DNA of 64,000 nt from Geosiphon pyriformis uo1 (taxonomy: Eukaryota > Fungi > Glomeromycota): contig JAAOMT010000201.1 of assembly GCA_016748015.1 (NCBI GenBank), positions 194,224 to 258,223 on the forward strand. The letters are read 5' to 3'. Positions 35,989 to 47,960 of the stretch are shown in pieces. The position numbers were made by a program, and so were the translations under genes. Position 1 is the stretch's first letter, and every line of letters starts with the position of its first letter. Under the pieces are notes generated by a model. The model searched no databases, was not told the origin of the DNA, and saw only the letters and a program-made list of their open reading frames with translations.

Positions 35989-38900
35989 TATTACTTATAA
36001 AAAAATATAGAAAAAAAATAGTAGAAAAAAACAAATAGACCAATAAAAAAATAGTAGTTAGCATATAAGCACATTGCTCGAGAATGTGAATGATCTCATA
36101 AAACCTAAATTATGTATATATAGCAGTAGCATTAGAAGCAGAAAAGACAGACCTTTTAGTTTAAATTTAATCTAAGTGACCCTTCAAATCACAAATATCA
36201 ATAAATAATTATTTGCTATCTCAATCTACATTTTACTATTAACACTTCATGTTAATAATAATTTATACTTGACCACAGAGAAACAATAGCTCTTGATTAT
36301 GGCTATTGATGGAATACTAATCTTAAATTGCTTTGGCTTATTTCTTTAGTTTTTTATTTTTTTTATTTTTCTTGTTTATTGTTGTTACTAATTAATTAAG
36401 GATTAAGCACTGAGTTATAGACATTATAGAAACTGATAAAAAATCTGTGAAACAAGGGTAAAACACTTATAGATTTGAGAATAGCTTACCAGGAGGATTA
36501 CTGGTTACCATGCTAAAAAAAAAATTTGACAGAATTGTGATTCCAGAAGACTACTGAAAACCATCATTAAATCTCTGTCTATTATATAAAAAACTCCAAT
36601 CAAAACCTTCAGATTGATAAAACCTTCAGATATTAACACCAAACCAGCTATTAAGTACTAAGTTATGGATTTTTTATTTGACTTAAGACCCCAAATAAGT
36701 ACTTGTAATATTTGGTGCTTCCTGTGAAATATAATCTAATAGAGAACCAGCACCAACAGCAACTATCTAAAACAGTGGCAGAATCCAAAGAAACAGAGAC
36801 AAACCATTTGGGATTTGCAAAATCCTTATTTCAATATTATCACATTCATTTCAGATTAACAAATAATAATTGGCCAACAGAATTAGCTTTCAATTGCTAT
36901 GTCAATAAAAAAATTGCATACTACTTGGGAGGTCAAGGAGATCCAGAATTTGTGTTCAACAATTTCTTCAGTAAACTCCAAAGCACCACTCTTTCTCAAA
37001 ACTATTTATTTGCACCCCTAATTACAGAAATAAACAGGGAGATCAAAAAGTATACCAAACAAAGATTTTCTATTATCTTTGCAGACAAAAAAAAAAATTA
37101 CAAACACCAGTAGCAACTCCAAAACAAATTCAATTACTCACTTGGAAAAAACCAAAAGTCAATTCACCAATCAATTTATCATACCATTACACATCCAGAA
37201 GCACCATCAACATAATATCAGCAGACATATCCATAGTAAACATAATAATACTATTAGCTAAAGTGTTGTTCTAAAGTAAACAAAAAAAGGCTAAACTATT
37301 AGGAACTTATGGTAATTATTTTGAGAAATTTAAATTATGATCTCCAATGCCATCAGAAACTTGATCACCATCATTACAACCAGATTTCAGAGCTGTTAAT
37401 CCTTGAAAAATAACTGACTTTAAGAAAGAGGAAGATAGTAATCAAGAAATTAATAAGCAAAACCTGATTCTAGAAAATCTGAAAATTGAAACTCTGATTA
37501 ATCAAACTCTGGAAAATTAGAACAATTCAAATCCTGATATTATTAATTAGCAAAACTTATCTCCAGTCATTATGATCAATTTACCACCAGTCTCACAAAT
37601 CACCAAATAGCAACAACAATAGCCACAATCACCATCCCAGCAGCAACTACAACAACAATTAGTACAATTACAGCAACAAATTGTAGTACTAATAATATAT
37701 GCACCAATCATAAAACTTGAAAAGTTTACTGGTGAAGAAGATGATATCCAAGCTTGGTTAAACAATGTTACTAAAATTATCATCACTAATAATTGGGACA
37801 ATATCAGAGCCCTTCAAGTAATCCCATACTTTTTACAGGATACTGCCAATTTGTGGTATTAGAGTTTGGCCCAAAAACCCTAAATATTTGATACATTCAA
37901 GCTAGAATTTCTAAGATATTTTAACAATAACAACAGTATTAATTGCTTGGCTAATATATTCACCACTATGAAGCAAGGAGAAACAGAAACAGTTACTACT
38001 TATTTGGGATGCTTCCACAGGAATCTGCACCAGATCTAAGCCATTAATGCCAACTATTTTACAGTGGCCCAAATTCTAAATCAGTTCATTTGTGAATTAT
38101 GTAGCAGCATTCTGCAACATATATGCCTATTGTATTTAACCAATCTTCAAGTCACAATTACCCACGCCAGAGATTTTGAAGCTACCAAATTAAAAGCTAA
38201 TCATGCCCAAGCTGTAAATCTAGTAATAAAAAGATCATTTGACATGAATTTCAAATTAAAACAAATCAGTAATTCAATTAACCAAAAACTGGAAAGATAC
38301 TTAGTTAACAATCGCACAATTTATCAACTTTCACAATGACAAAATAATCAAAGAAACTTCAATTGTTTCCAAAATTAGATGTGTTCATCATCATCAACAA
38401 ATTAGCAATGGCAGCAAAAAATGTGTATCTGCTACTACTGTGGTAAACAAGAACATTTAAGAATAGACTGCTAATTATGTATAGATAACCAATGATCAGA
38501 AAACCAATATCAAAATTCCAATTGCCAGTTTCAAACTCCAAGATATTAACCAAACCCAAAACTATATCAACCAAATTACATCTTGATAACACAGCAACCA
38601 ATATACATACCTTCAATTTATCAATCATTAACACTCATAATTTATCAACCACCACAGCCACAAATAATTCATCAAAATCCAATAAATCAAACACAGCTAT
38701 CAAACTCAGCTTACTTGACATCCAGAAATCAAAGACTGAGAGTCACTCATACTTAACAAAACTGGAGATCAGCAATAGTTATGCACCAACCAATTTCCAG
38801 TTCCTCAACTCAATCATCAGAACCATAACAGCAGAGTTCGGAAACCAAATATATTCAAAACTTGAATTCTCAGAACTATTTAAGTTTCCTGGTTACTCCA

Positions 38901-39435
38901 GAAGATGCCACATCTAACAACTAGGAAATCAATCAAAAGCCACTTATTAGCAATATACCTCCAGCAACCATTATAAAAGACAAATCTCTTGTAGCCATTT
39001 TTCTCTTTCAACTTGAGAAATTAACAATGCCTCTTTTTAGTGGAACTGCACTTAATACCAATCCCATCACTGCCATATACACTGACACCAAGGTTGATAA
39101 TCAGATCATTAAACTGATTTTGAATAGTGAGTCAACAGACAGCATCATTACATAACAACTCATGGACCAATTAGGTCATCAAGTTAATCATGCTGTTAGT
39201 GCCAAAATAATAATAGCTAATAAAATAACCAAAACTCTTATTGGTAAGATTGATAACTTCCCATTTGAAGTCAATGATATTATTACACCAATTAAAGTTT
39301 TAATGATAAAAACTATGCAGTACCAAGTACTAATCAGTAACAACTGGCTAGTTAAAACCAATATCATGCTCAACTGGAACATATAAAAGCTATAGCTCAG
39401 CCAGAATAGATAACATATAAGAGTGCCAACCATGT
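35989..39435 (+). mobile_element. Family Q element Z, 5' part (LTR 35989-36710, PBS, gag-protease); interrupted by W
   Basis: LTR then TTTGGTGCTTCCTGTG; gag from GTG 36775; CYYCGKQEH; protease ~39060-39435. Confidence 0.9.
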
Positions 39436-40402
39436 TATTACCAGAGGTTTTTGGTCTCTTTTCTTGAATGTTATTAATGTTTGTTTGTTGTAAATTCACG
39501 TTTTTTAGAAGCAGTTGAACCTTCAATAACTGAATTTATCTTCAAATTATCTCCTATAATTTGAACCACTAGGCTTATAAGTGGAATGACCAATTCTGTA
39601 TCAGTTACTTTATGTAGTTATGTTGTAGTAAACATCAACTCTTTTCCAGGAATTGCTTATCTGAAAGTTCACTAAAATGTGTAGTTATTTTGCTGTAAAA
39701 GTCAACTCTTCTACAAGAATCTCATCTGTAGACTACCCAAATGATTATGATAAAAAAAGAAGAGAAAAATAAAAGAAATATAAAAGAAATGAAATTTTTA
39801 TCAAAGAAAACATTTTCTATTCAGGCCTAAAGTCACTAACAGTTTATTGAAATTGGTAACTAATCAATTTCAAAATGTTAGTTGTGTTAAGGGAATTTCA
39901 AGTATAATAATTTAAGAATTTGGTTTTCAAATATTTAATTTTTATTTGATTTTGTAAAAGATAATTTGTTCTAATTAAGATATCTAAAATAAGATACTGT
40001 GGTAAGATATAAAAAAATATATTTTCTTGAATGGAAAAGCTCTTTTTTTATACAACTTGTTATAATACTAGTCTTTGAATTTGCACTTTTTTTTTTGCTC
40101 TAATTCGGCAAACTAAAGCTATATTTCAGTAAACTACAAGTTATTTCACTGAATTATTGATTATTTTAGCCAATTTTTATTAATTTCGATGAATTTTGAT
40201 TATATTAAATGATTTAGAGTATTGTGTAATTTGATCATCTTAATTTCTATAGTACAAATTAGGTTATTGGTTGAATGATAATAATTGCAAATTTGATTAA
40301 ATAATAGGTAATAATTAAAATGATAATCATATATGCTAATTAATAATAAGAATTATGAAGATAATTTTATGCTAATTAATAGCTAAAATTTTACTGGTAA
40401 CA
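39436..40402 (-). repeat. Family P 3' LTR of W
   Basis: T(A)TTACCAGAGG...CTGGTAACA; PPT remnant at 40403-40416. Confidence 0.9.
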
Positions 40403-40870
40403 TAATTTTCTCCTTAAAACTAAGTTCTGTTGAAGTTCAAGCACTATCTGTAATATTAAGATAGTGGTCCAAGATAATTTAAGTGATTTGGTCTAAAAAT
40501 TGTTAAAATTTCAGTTCTGTAAGTTTGCCAATGTATTGAATTTTTATTGGTTACAGTATTGGATTTTGTAGAACATTTTTACAAGTGTTGAACAAATCAT
40601 AGAGTCTAAAAGCTGTTCTAAGTTTGTAGTAAGTGTTTGTTGGTTCAGCTGCTGTCTTGAATTCATTGTGAATTTGTTTTTGTATTGTTTTAGAAATAAG
40701 GTTTGTTGTTTCAAGTTTCAGTTTTTGTTTATAAAGTGTTTTTTTAATATGAAAATATTTGTATATAAGAGTATATTCATTGTTTTGTTCATTAAGAAAT
40801 AGTAGAAGTTTTTGTTGGATGGTAGCATTTGGTGAAATGTTAATAGGAGCAAATAAGAGGTTTTCTTTTT
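40403..40870 (-). pseudogene. W 3' ORF C-terminal half, joined to the end of RNase H by deletion
   Basis: PNATIQQKL..IYKYFHI..KLRTAFRLYDLF..IQYIGKLTELKF. Confidence 0.75.
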
Positions 40871-42110
40871 ATTGAGCTATTTGAGGCCAATATTGTCAGT
40901 TAGGATGTCAAATTCTTTTCCATTCTTCAGATATTGTTAAAAGTGTTTAAGAGCCCAAATAACTGTGATAGCTTTTAATTCAGTTAAGTCATATTTGAGT
41001 TCTGTTGGTTTGAGTGTTCTATTGATATAGGCAATGACTTGTTTTTGGCCATTTTCATCCAATTGTAATAAGATGGAACCAAATGCTATGTGTGAAGCAT
41101 CAGTGGCTAGTTGAAACTATTTGTTGAAGTTTGAGTATGCAAAAACTGGGGCTGTTATCAGTCTTGTTTTAAGAGTTTCAAAAGCTTTTTGTTGTTTTTC
41201 AGTCTATTTATATGGCACGTTTTTGTTGATAAGATAATTAAGTGGTTTGGCAATTTTGAAAATCCTTTGATGAATTTCCAATAGTAAGAGATTAATCTTA
41301 CAAATTCTTATAACTCTGTGGTATTTTTGGGAGTTTGAAAGTTTTTAACAGCACTGATTGTTTCAGAGTTTGGTTTGACTCTATTTTTGCTAACAATGTG
41401 TCCAAAAAAAATTAAGCTTGTTTTCCCAAAGTAATATTTTTCAATGTTTAACTTCAACTCTGCTTTCCATAATTGTTGAAAAACTTCTCACAAGTGAATA
41501 AGATAAGCTTCAAAGCTTGGTAAGTACACATCAGTGTCATCAAGATAAACAACTACTAATTGTCATAAGAGTTCTTCATATACAACATTCATGAGTCACT
41601 AGAATGTTGCTGGTATATTGTAGAGTTCAAAAGGCATAATATTAAATTCAAAGTTTCTTTTTTGGATGGTAAAGGCTGTTTTGGGTCAGTCTTTTGAATC
41701 TATTTCAACTTGCCAGTATCCACTTTCCAAGTCTAAAGTTGAAAAAAACTTGGCTTTTCCTAGAGCATCTAGCATGTTATCAATTCTTGAAAGAGGATAG
41801 GCATCTCCAATTATTATATTGTTGAGCTGATGATAGTTTACACAGAATCTGATTTTTCTATTTTTCTTTTTGACCAAAACTACTGGTAAGGCCCATGAAC
41901 TTCTTGATGGTTGAATCAATCTATTATTAAGCATTTTTTGGATCTCTTCTCTGATAAATTGATGGTTAGCAGGTAGAACTTAATAGCCTTGTTGTTATTT
42001 TGGTGGAGCATCTTCTGTGTGAATCTGATGTTAGACAATATTAGTTTTTTCAAGGTCATTGTTGTCTTTTGCAAATATGTTTGCAAATTCAGTTATCAGC
42101 TGTTTCAATT
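40871..42110 (-). pseudogene. pol: W RT and RNase H
   Basis: ORF 41686-41934 (WALPVVLVKKK..FSTLDLESGYWQV); VVYLDDTD; ATDASHIAFG; ILTDNIGL. Confidence 0.9.
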
Positions 42111-42576
42111 GTCTTTGTTGTTGGGGTTCTAAGGGACTTATGTTAATTCAAAAGAGTTTTTCTTCCAAAAAGTGGTAGTTTTTAGTAGTAAAAGTGATGT
42201 TTGGGTTTGGAAATAAAATATGTCTTATAATTTCGATGAAATTGTTGACAATCTAAGGGTTTTTATTTTGAAAGATATTGCTATGTATAATTCCAATTTC
42301 TAACTTATTTAACAAAACAATGAGGTAGTTGTTAGGGTTGTAGAAAGTAATTCGAAATTTCTTCATTCTTTTTGGTATGTAGACATTTGGAATTAAGATA
42401 TTATGTTTTGAACAGATTTGTTTATTGGATTCAAAAATTTGTTGGGTAGTAATAGGTTTTGAGCAAGTGTAAATTTTGTGATATTTTCCAAAAAATGAAA
42501 TGGTAATTGGTTGGGGAAGTTGAAGAATCTGGTGAGATTTACTTTGTATATTGAAAGCTATGTTTATTGAAACTAT

Positions 42577-43380
42577 TATTACAGGTGATTATTTGGGGTC
42601 TTAAATCAAATAACAAACTTGTAATCTGGTGCTCAAAAGCTATTCCCAATGATGGTGATCTGAAAGTGTTGTTTGTCTAAAGGTTTTGGTTGTTGAGTTC
42701 TTTGTATAATAGACAGAGATTTAATAGTGGTTTATTCATAGCTTCTTAGAATCACAATTCTGTCAATTCTTCTCTTAGCATGGTGGCCAGCAATCCTCTG
42801 ATAAGTAATCTATAATTCTTTTATGTGCTTTACCCACTCACAGAGGTTTTTTATCAGGCAATCCTTGACATCAATAACTTAGCGCTTAATCTTCAATCAA
42901 TTAGTAAAACAAAGAAGTAACAACAATAAAAGAAAATAAAACAAAGAATAACAGAAAATAAAAAATGAGAAATCAGCCAAGATGATAAATATTAGTAATC
43001 TGTTAATAGCCATGATTAAGAGCTATAGTTTCAGTGTGATTAAGTATCAATTACTATCAACATGAAGTGTTGATAGTGGAGAGTGGATTGAAATGATGAA
43101 TAATTATTTATTAATATTGTGGATGGAATGTTTTTAACTAAAGAATTCTTCTTTTTCTACTTCTAACATTATTGCTATATATACATAATTGATGTTCTAT
43201 GAGATTGCTCACATTTTTGAGTGATGTGCTATGATTTCTTGAGCAATGCTCACATTACTAAGCAATGTGTTATGATTTTCATCATTGCTCTATATTGCTG
43301 AGCAATGTGCTCACATGCTAAATGCTATTTGCTTATTGGTTTACTATTTTTCTATATCTGTTTTTTTTTTATGAGTAACA
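42577..43380 (-). repeat. Family Q solo LTR in W, just downstream of dUTPase
   Basis: T(A)TTACAGG...GAGTAACA; flanks CTAT/CTGT; W frame resumes. Confidence 0.9.
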
Positions 43381-43384
43381 CTGT

Positions 43385-43790
43385 AAATCATCTAGTTGAA
43401 CCAAAATCTTGAGTTCCTCTTTTACTTTTTTCTAGTTGTTCTCTGTTGTTAATTGATTGTAAACTCGAAATATTAATTAAGAGTAGATAAATTGCTTGGG
43501 CAATCTTTTCTACATGTTTAATTTTAAATAATTTGTCAGTTTCATTCTGTAGCATGATAGTAATATTTTCAGTATATTTTGCATTTATAACTTCTCCTCT
43601 AATGTTGATTTCTTTGCTTGCCAATGATAATCTGAATGCAATTTGAATTATTGCTCCAGGTAGAATTTCAAGAGTGATTTTAAGGTTGATTTTTGTCAAG
43701 GACTTTGGTTGGAGAACCAAAGTATCTTTTCCTGGGTATTTTAAATCATATTCAGCATCAATCTTATGTGTTTTTTTTGGTTTAATTTTT
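43385..43790 (-). pseudogene. dut: W dUTPase
   Basis: DAEYDL.YP..RLSLASK..GEVINAKY..KIAQAIYL..RGTQDFGST (dUTPase motifs 1-5). Confidence 0.88.
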
Positions 43791-44252
43791 GGCCATGGTT
43801 GTTGAAATATTTAAGTTGTAGGGATGGTTGATTTTCAAGAAGATAAATAAAAGTAGTTGGTAGTTTTTCTACCAGTTCAGATACTGCAAATTCGATTTCA
43901 TTTTCATCATTCTCATCTGGCAGAGGAATGCTAAGAGCATAGTATTCTAAACATTATTGATTATCACAAAGCATAACACATTCTTCATATAATTGAATAT
44001 TTATTTGCTCTAATTATTAAATTTGAGCTTCTTTGGTTAGATATATATGACTTACAATTTGGTGGTAAGTTTTTACTTTATCTTCATAATCAAATCTAGC
44101 TAATTCTATAGTATACTCAATGTATTCAGCTTCTTTTATTTGGCAAACATCTTCTTGGGTGGCTCTATTGATTAATGTTATTGTTAAGTCAAAAATCATT
44201 TCAGCATCATAAGAATAATAGTACAGTTTGTTGAGAGCATTGTTGTATGCTG

Positions 44253-45116
44253 TGTTATTCATAGAAATATAGGGAATATATATTAGCATAGTTATTAATC
44301 AATCAGAAGTAGACATAGTAAAATGTGGAATTCCAGGATTCCTCTCAGGAATTGCAGGATTCCAGGAATTACAGGATTCTTATAAAGAATTGCAGAATTC
44401 TAGAATTCCTCTTAAAGAAATTGCAGGATTCCAGGAATCCCAAAATTCCTGTTGTAAAGAATTGAGGAATTGAGGAATCTCAATTATGTATATATAGCAG
44501 TAGAATTAGAAACTAAAAAGACAGATCTCTCAATTTAGATTTCATCTGGACAACTTTCCAAAATCACAAATAAATAACTGTTTGTTATCTCAAACCCGCT
44601 GCCACTATCAACATGAAGTGTTGATAGTAATTGATACTTAACCCCATTGGAACAATAGCTCTTGATCATGGCTATTGATGAAATACTAACTTGCAAATCA
44701 CCTTGGCTTATTTCTTTTTTTTCTTTATTTTCTTTTTTTTTCTTTATTTTTTGCCTTGATTTTATTGTTGTTTACTAACTCTATTGAAGATTAATGTGTG
44801 GGGTACTGATGTCAGGATAAACATGACTGGTAAAAGACCCAGAAATAAGGATAGAACACTCAATTGAGGATAGCTTACCAGAAAGAATACTGGTTATCAA
44901 GCTGAGAAAGAAATTGATGAAACTGTGGTTTCGGGAAGCTATAGATAAAACTATTACCATTGAATCTCTGTTCATTATACAAAGAACTCAACCAAACCCT
45001 TCAGATACAAACCCTTCAGACACAAACCTTCAGATCACTATCAACTGCAACTAAATTTGAGCACCAAGTTACAGGTTTGTTATTTAATCTAACACCAGAA
45101 ATAGTCACCTGTAAAA
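44253..45116 (+). repeat. 5' LTR of V
   Basis: TGTTATTCAT...CTGTAAAA followed by PBS. Confidence 0.93.
44481..44503 (+). promoter_or_regulatory. Candidate TATA box of family Q LTR
   Basis: AATTATGTATATATAGC is conserved in essentially all family Q LTRs, just 3' of the variable U3 repeat array. Confidence 0.6.
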
Positions 45117-45176
45117 TTTGGTGCTCTTTGTGAAGTATAATCTTATAGAGAACCAACACCAACACAAATCTAAAAA

Positions 45177-47400
45177 GTGGCAGAATCAGAAAACATAGGA
45201 GCAAATCATCTAGAATTCGCAAAATTCTTATTTCAACACTATTGTCAACATTTGGAATTAAATCACAATCACATATCAGTAAAATCAGCTTTCAATTTTT
45301 ACATCAACAAAAAAATTGCCTATCTGTTAGGAACACCAGTAAATATTGAATCAGCAAGAGAAGCCTTTTACAGTGAATTAATTCAAAATACCAACCTGCC
45401 AACAAATCACAATTTCATCTTCATCATCACAGAAATCAACAAAGAAATTGAACACCACATACAGCAAAGATACCCCATTACTTACATGAGCAAAGCCAAA
45501 GAAAAACTGCAAATACCAGCAGTAACACCCAAAAGAATATAACCATCTACTTGGAAGAAAACAAGAGTTGAGTCCCCAACTATCCATTATACCACTATAC
45601 ACTCAAAAGTGCCATTAATATTACATCTACCAGTGTGGCCACATCAAACATGACATCAGCATTTGGATGATTCCCATTCCAAAGTAAACAAAAGAAAGCA
45701 AAGTTATTAGGACCATACAGCATGTATTTTGAAGGATTTAATTCACAATCATTAATGCCATCAGGACTCCGATTGCCACTACCTCCTTCAAATTTCGGAA
45801 TTTCTAATCCATGGGAAGTAATGGAATCAGAAGAAGAGGAAGAAAAAGAAGCTGAAGATCAAGAATTCACTTACCAGAACCCGATCACTGAAAACCTAGA
45901 ATTTGAAATCCCAAATTTTCAAATCCAGCAAAATCTAAACCCAGAAAATCTGGAAATTAAAACTCCGAATATTCAGGCACCGCCAACTCAAGATAATCAA
46001 AACCCCAATTTAATAAATCAACAAAACTTATCTTTAGTAATTGTCATCAATTAACCACCGATTAATCCAATAGCCAAACTCATACAACTGCCACTTCAAC
46101 TACCACCCCAACAACCTGTGCAACAACAACCACTTCAACTACCACTACAACAACCCAACTTAGATTCAATGGTCTACACACCAATCGCAAAACTTGACAA
46201 TTTTACCAGTGAAGAGGACAATGCCCAAATATGGCTCAACAACATTGAAAAAGCCATAGTGGTCAATGGATAGAATGATGGAAGAGCCCTTCAAGCAATC
46301 TCCTATTTTCTCAAAGATACTGCTGACTCATGGTATCAGAGCCTAGCCACCAAACCACAAACCTTTAATAAGTTCAAAACAGAATTCTTGAGATACTTTA
46401 GTAATAACAATAGTATCAATTGCTTGACTAACACATTCACCACCATCAAATAAGAGGACACAGAAGCAGTTACCACTTACTTGGGACACTTCCATTGAAA
46501 TCTGCACCAAATTCAGGCAATCCAAGCTGATTACTTTACAGTGCCACAGATCTTGAACCAGTTCATCAGAGGATTGTGCAGTAGCATCTTTTAGCAAGTA
46601 TATCTAATGCATCCAGTAGACCTCCCAACCATTATCACTTATGCCAGAGATTTTGAAGCAGCCGAGCTAGAAGCCAATCACACCCAAGCTGTAAATTTAG
46701 TGATAAATGAATCATCTGACTTGGATTCTAAACTAAAACAATTCAGTGATACAATCAATCAGAAACTAGAGGGATACTTAGCTGACAATTGTGCAATCTA
46801 TTAACCACCACAACAACACAATAATTCAGGAAACACAAATTATTTCCAAAATCAGCTGCATCTATCAACATCATCATCATTGTTACCCAATCAGCCATGA
46901 CAGCCAGAAACGTGTGTTTGCCACAACTGTGGTAAACAAAGTCACATTAGAGCTAACTGTCAATTTTATAGCAACAATCTACAATCAGGAAATCAATATC
47001 GAAACCCTGATCGCAGATTTCAGACTCAGAATTACTACCCAAATCAAGACCAATATCAAACCACTTACCTGCCAATAACACAGCAACCAATCTATCAACT
47101 GTCAGTATATTAACCTCCAATTTATCAACCACAGCCACTGGTAATTTATCAGCCACAGCCCCAAATAATTTATCAGCCCCAACAACCAATTCAAACACCA
47201 CTCCAAAACCCCACTCAAATGACATTAGGAAACCCAAAACCTAGAATTACTCAAAACTGGAGATTGGCAATAGTTGTTCATCAACTAATCTCCAGCTCCT
47301 CTCACCAACTATCAGGCTTTTAACAGCAGAATCCGGGTACTGGTTCCACCCAAAACCCGAATTTCCAGAACTATTTAAGTCTCCTGGTTATCCCAGAAGA
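45177..47400 (+). pseudogene. gag: V Gag (N-terminal extension, capsid-like domain, CHNCGKQSHIRANC knuckle, IYQPQ repeats), in frame with pol
   Basis: Manual translation from the zinc knuckle to the protease keeps one frame, with only C>T-type stops. Confidence 0.88.
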
Positions 47401-47559
47401 TGCCACCACCAACAACTTGGAATCCAACCCACCTCAAACAACACTCACCAACAATATTCCACCAGCAATGGTCACCGAAAATGAATCTCTCGCAGCCATT
47501 TTTCCTTTTGAATTAGAGAAAACCATCAACTCACCTTTGTTCAGTAAAGCAGCACTTGA

Positions 47560-47960
47560 GAAGAAACCCATTACTACAATGTACACTAATGCAAAAATTG
47601 ATGGTCACTTTATTAAACTGATCTTAGATAGTGGATTAGCTGGCAGCATTATCACAAGACAATTCATGGATCAATTAGGTCGCCAAACTGATTGCGCTGT
47701 CAGTGCTAGGATTATTACAGCCAATGAAATAACCAAAACACCCATTGGAGAGATTGATGATTTTCCCATAGAAGTCAATAGCATCATAGTACCAATCAAA
47801 ATACTTATTATGGAAGCCACTTAATACCAAGCACTCATTGGGAATGACTGGTTGTCTACAACCAACATAACCCTAGATTGGAACACCCAAGAGCTCCAGC
47901 TTAGCCAGAACAGTCAACACACAGATACCAGTCACATGCGGCCACTTCAAGCCCATCACC
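47560..47960 (+). pseudogene. V aspartic protease
   Basis: AKIDGHFIKLILDSGLAGSII..ALIGNDWL. Confidence 0.9.

Noticed and set aside
36706-36777. Stop-codon readthrough from the LTR ORF through the PBS into gag
   Set aside because: In frame only in Z; spacing in Y, V and M puts gag in a different frame.
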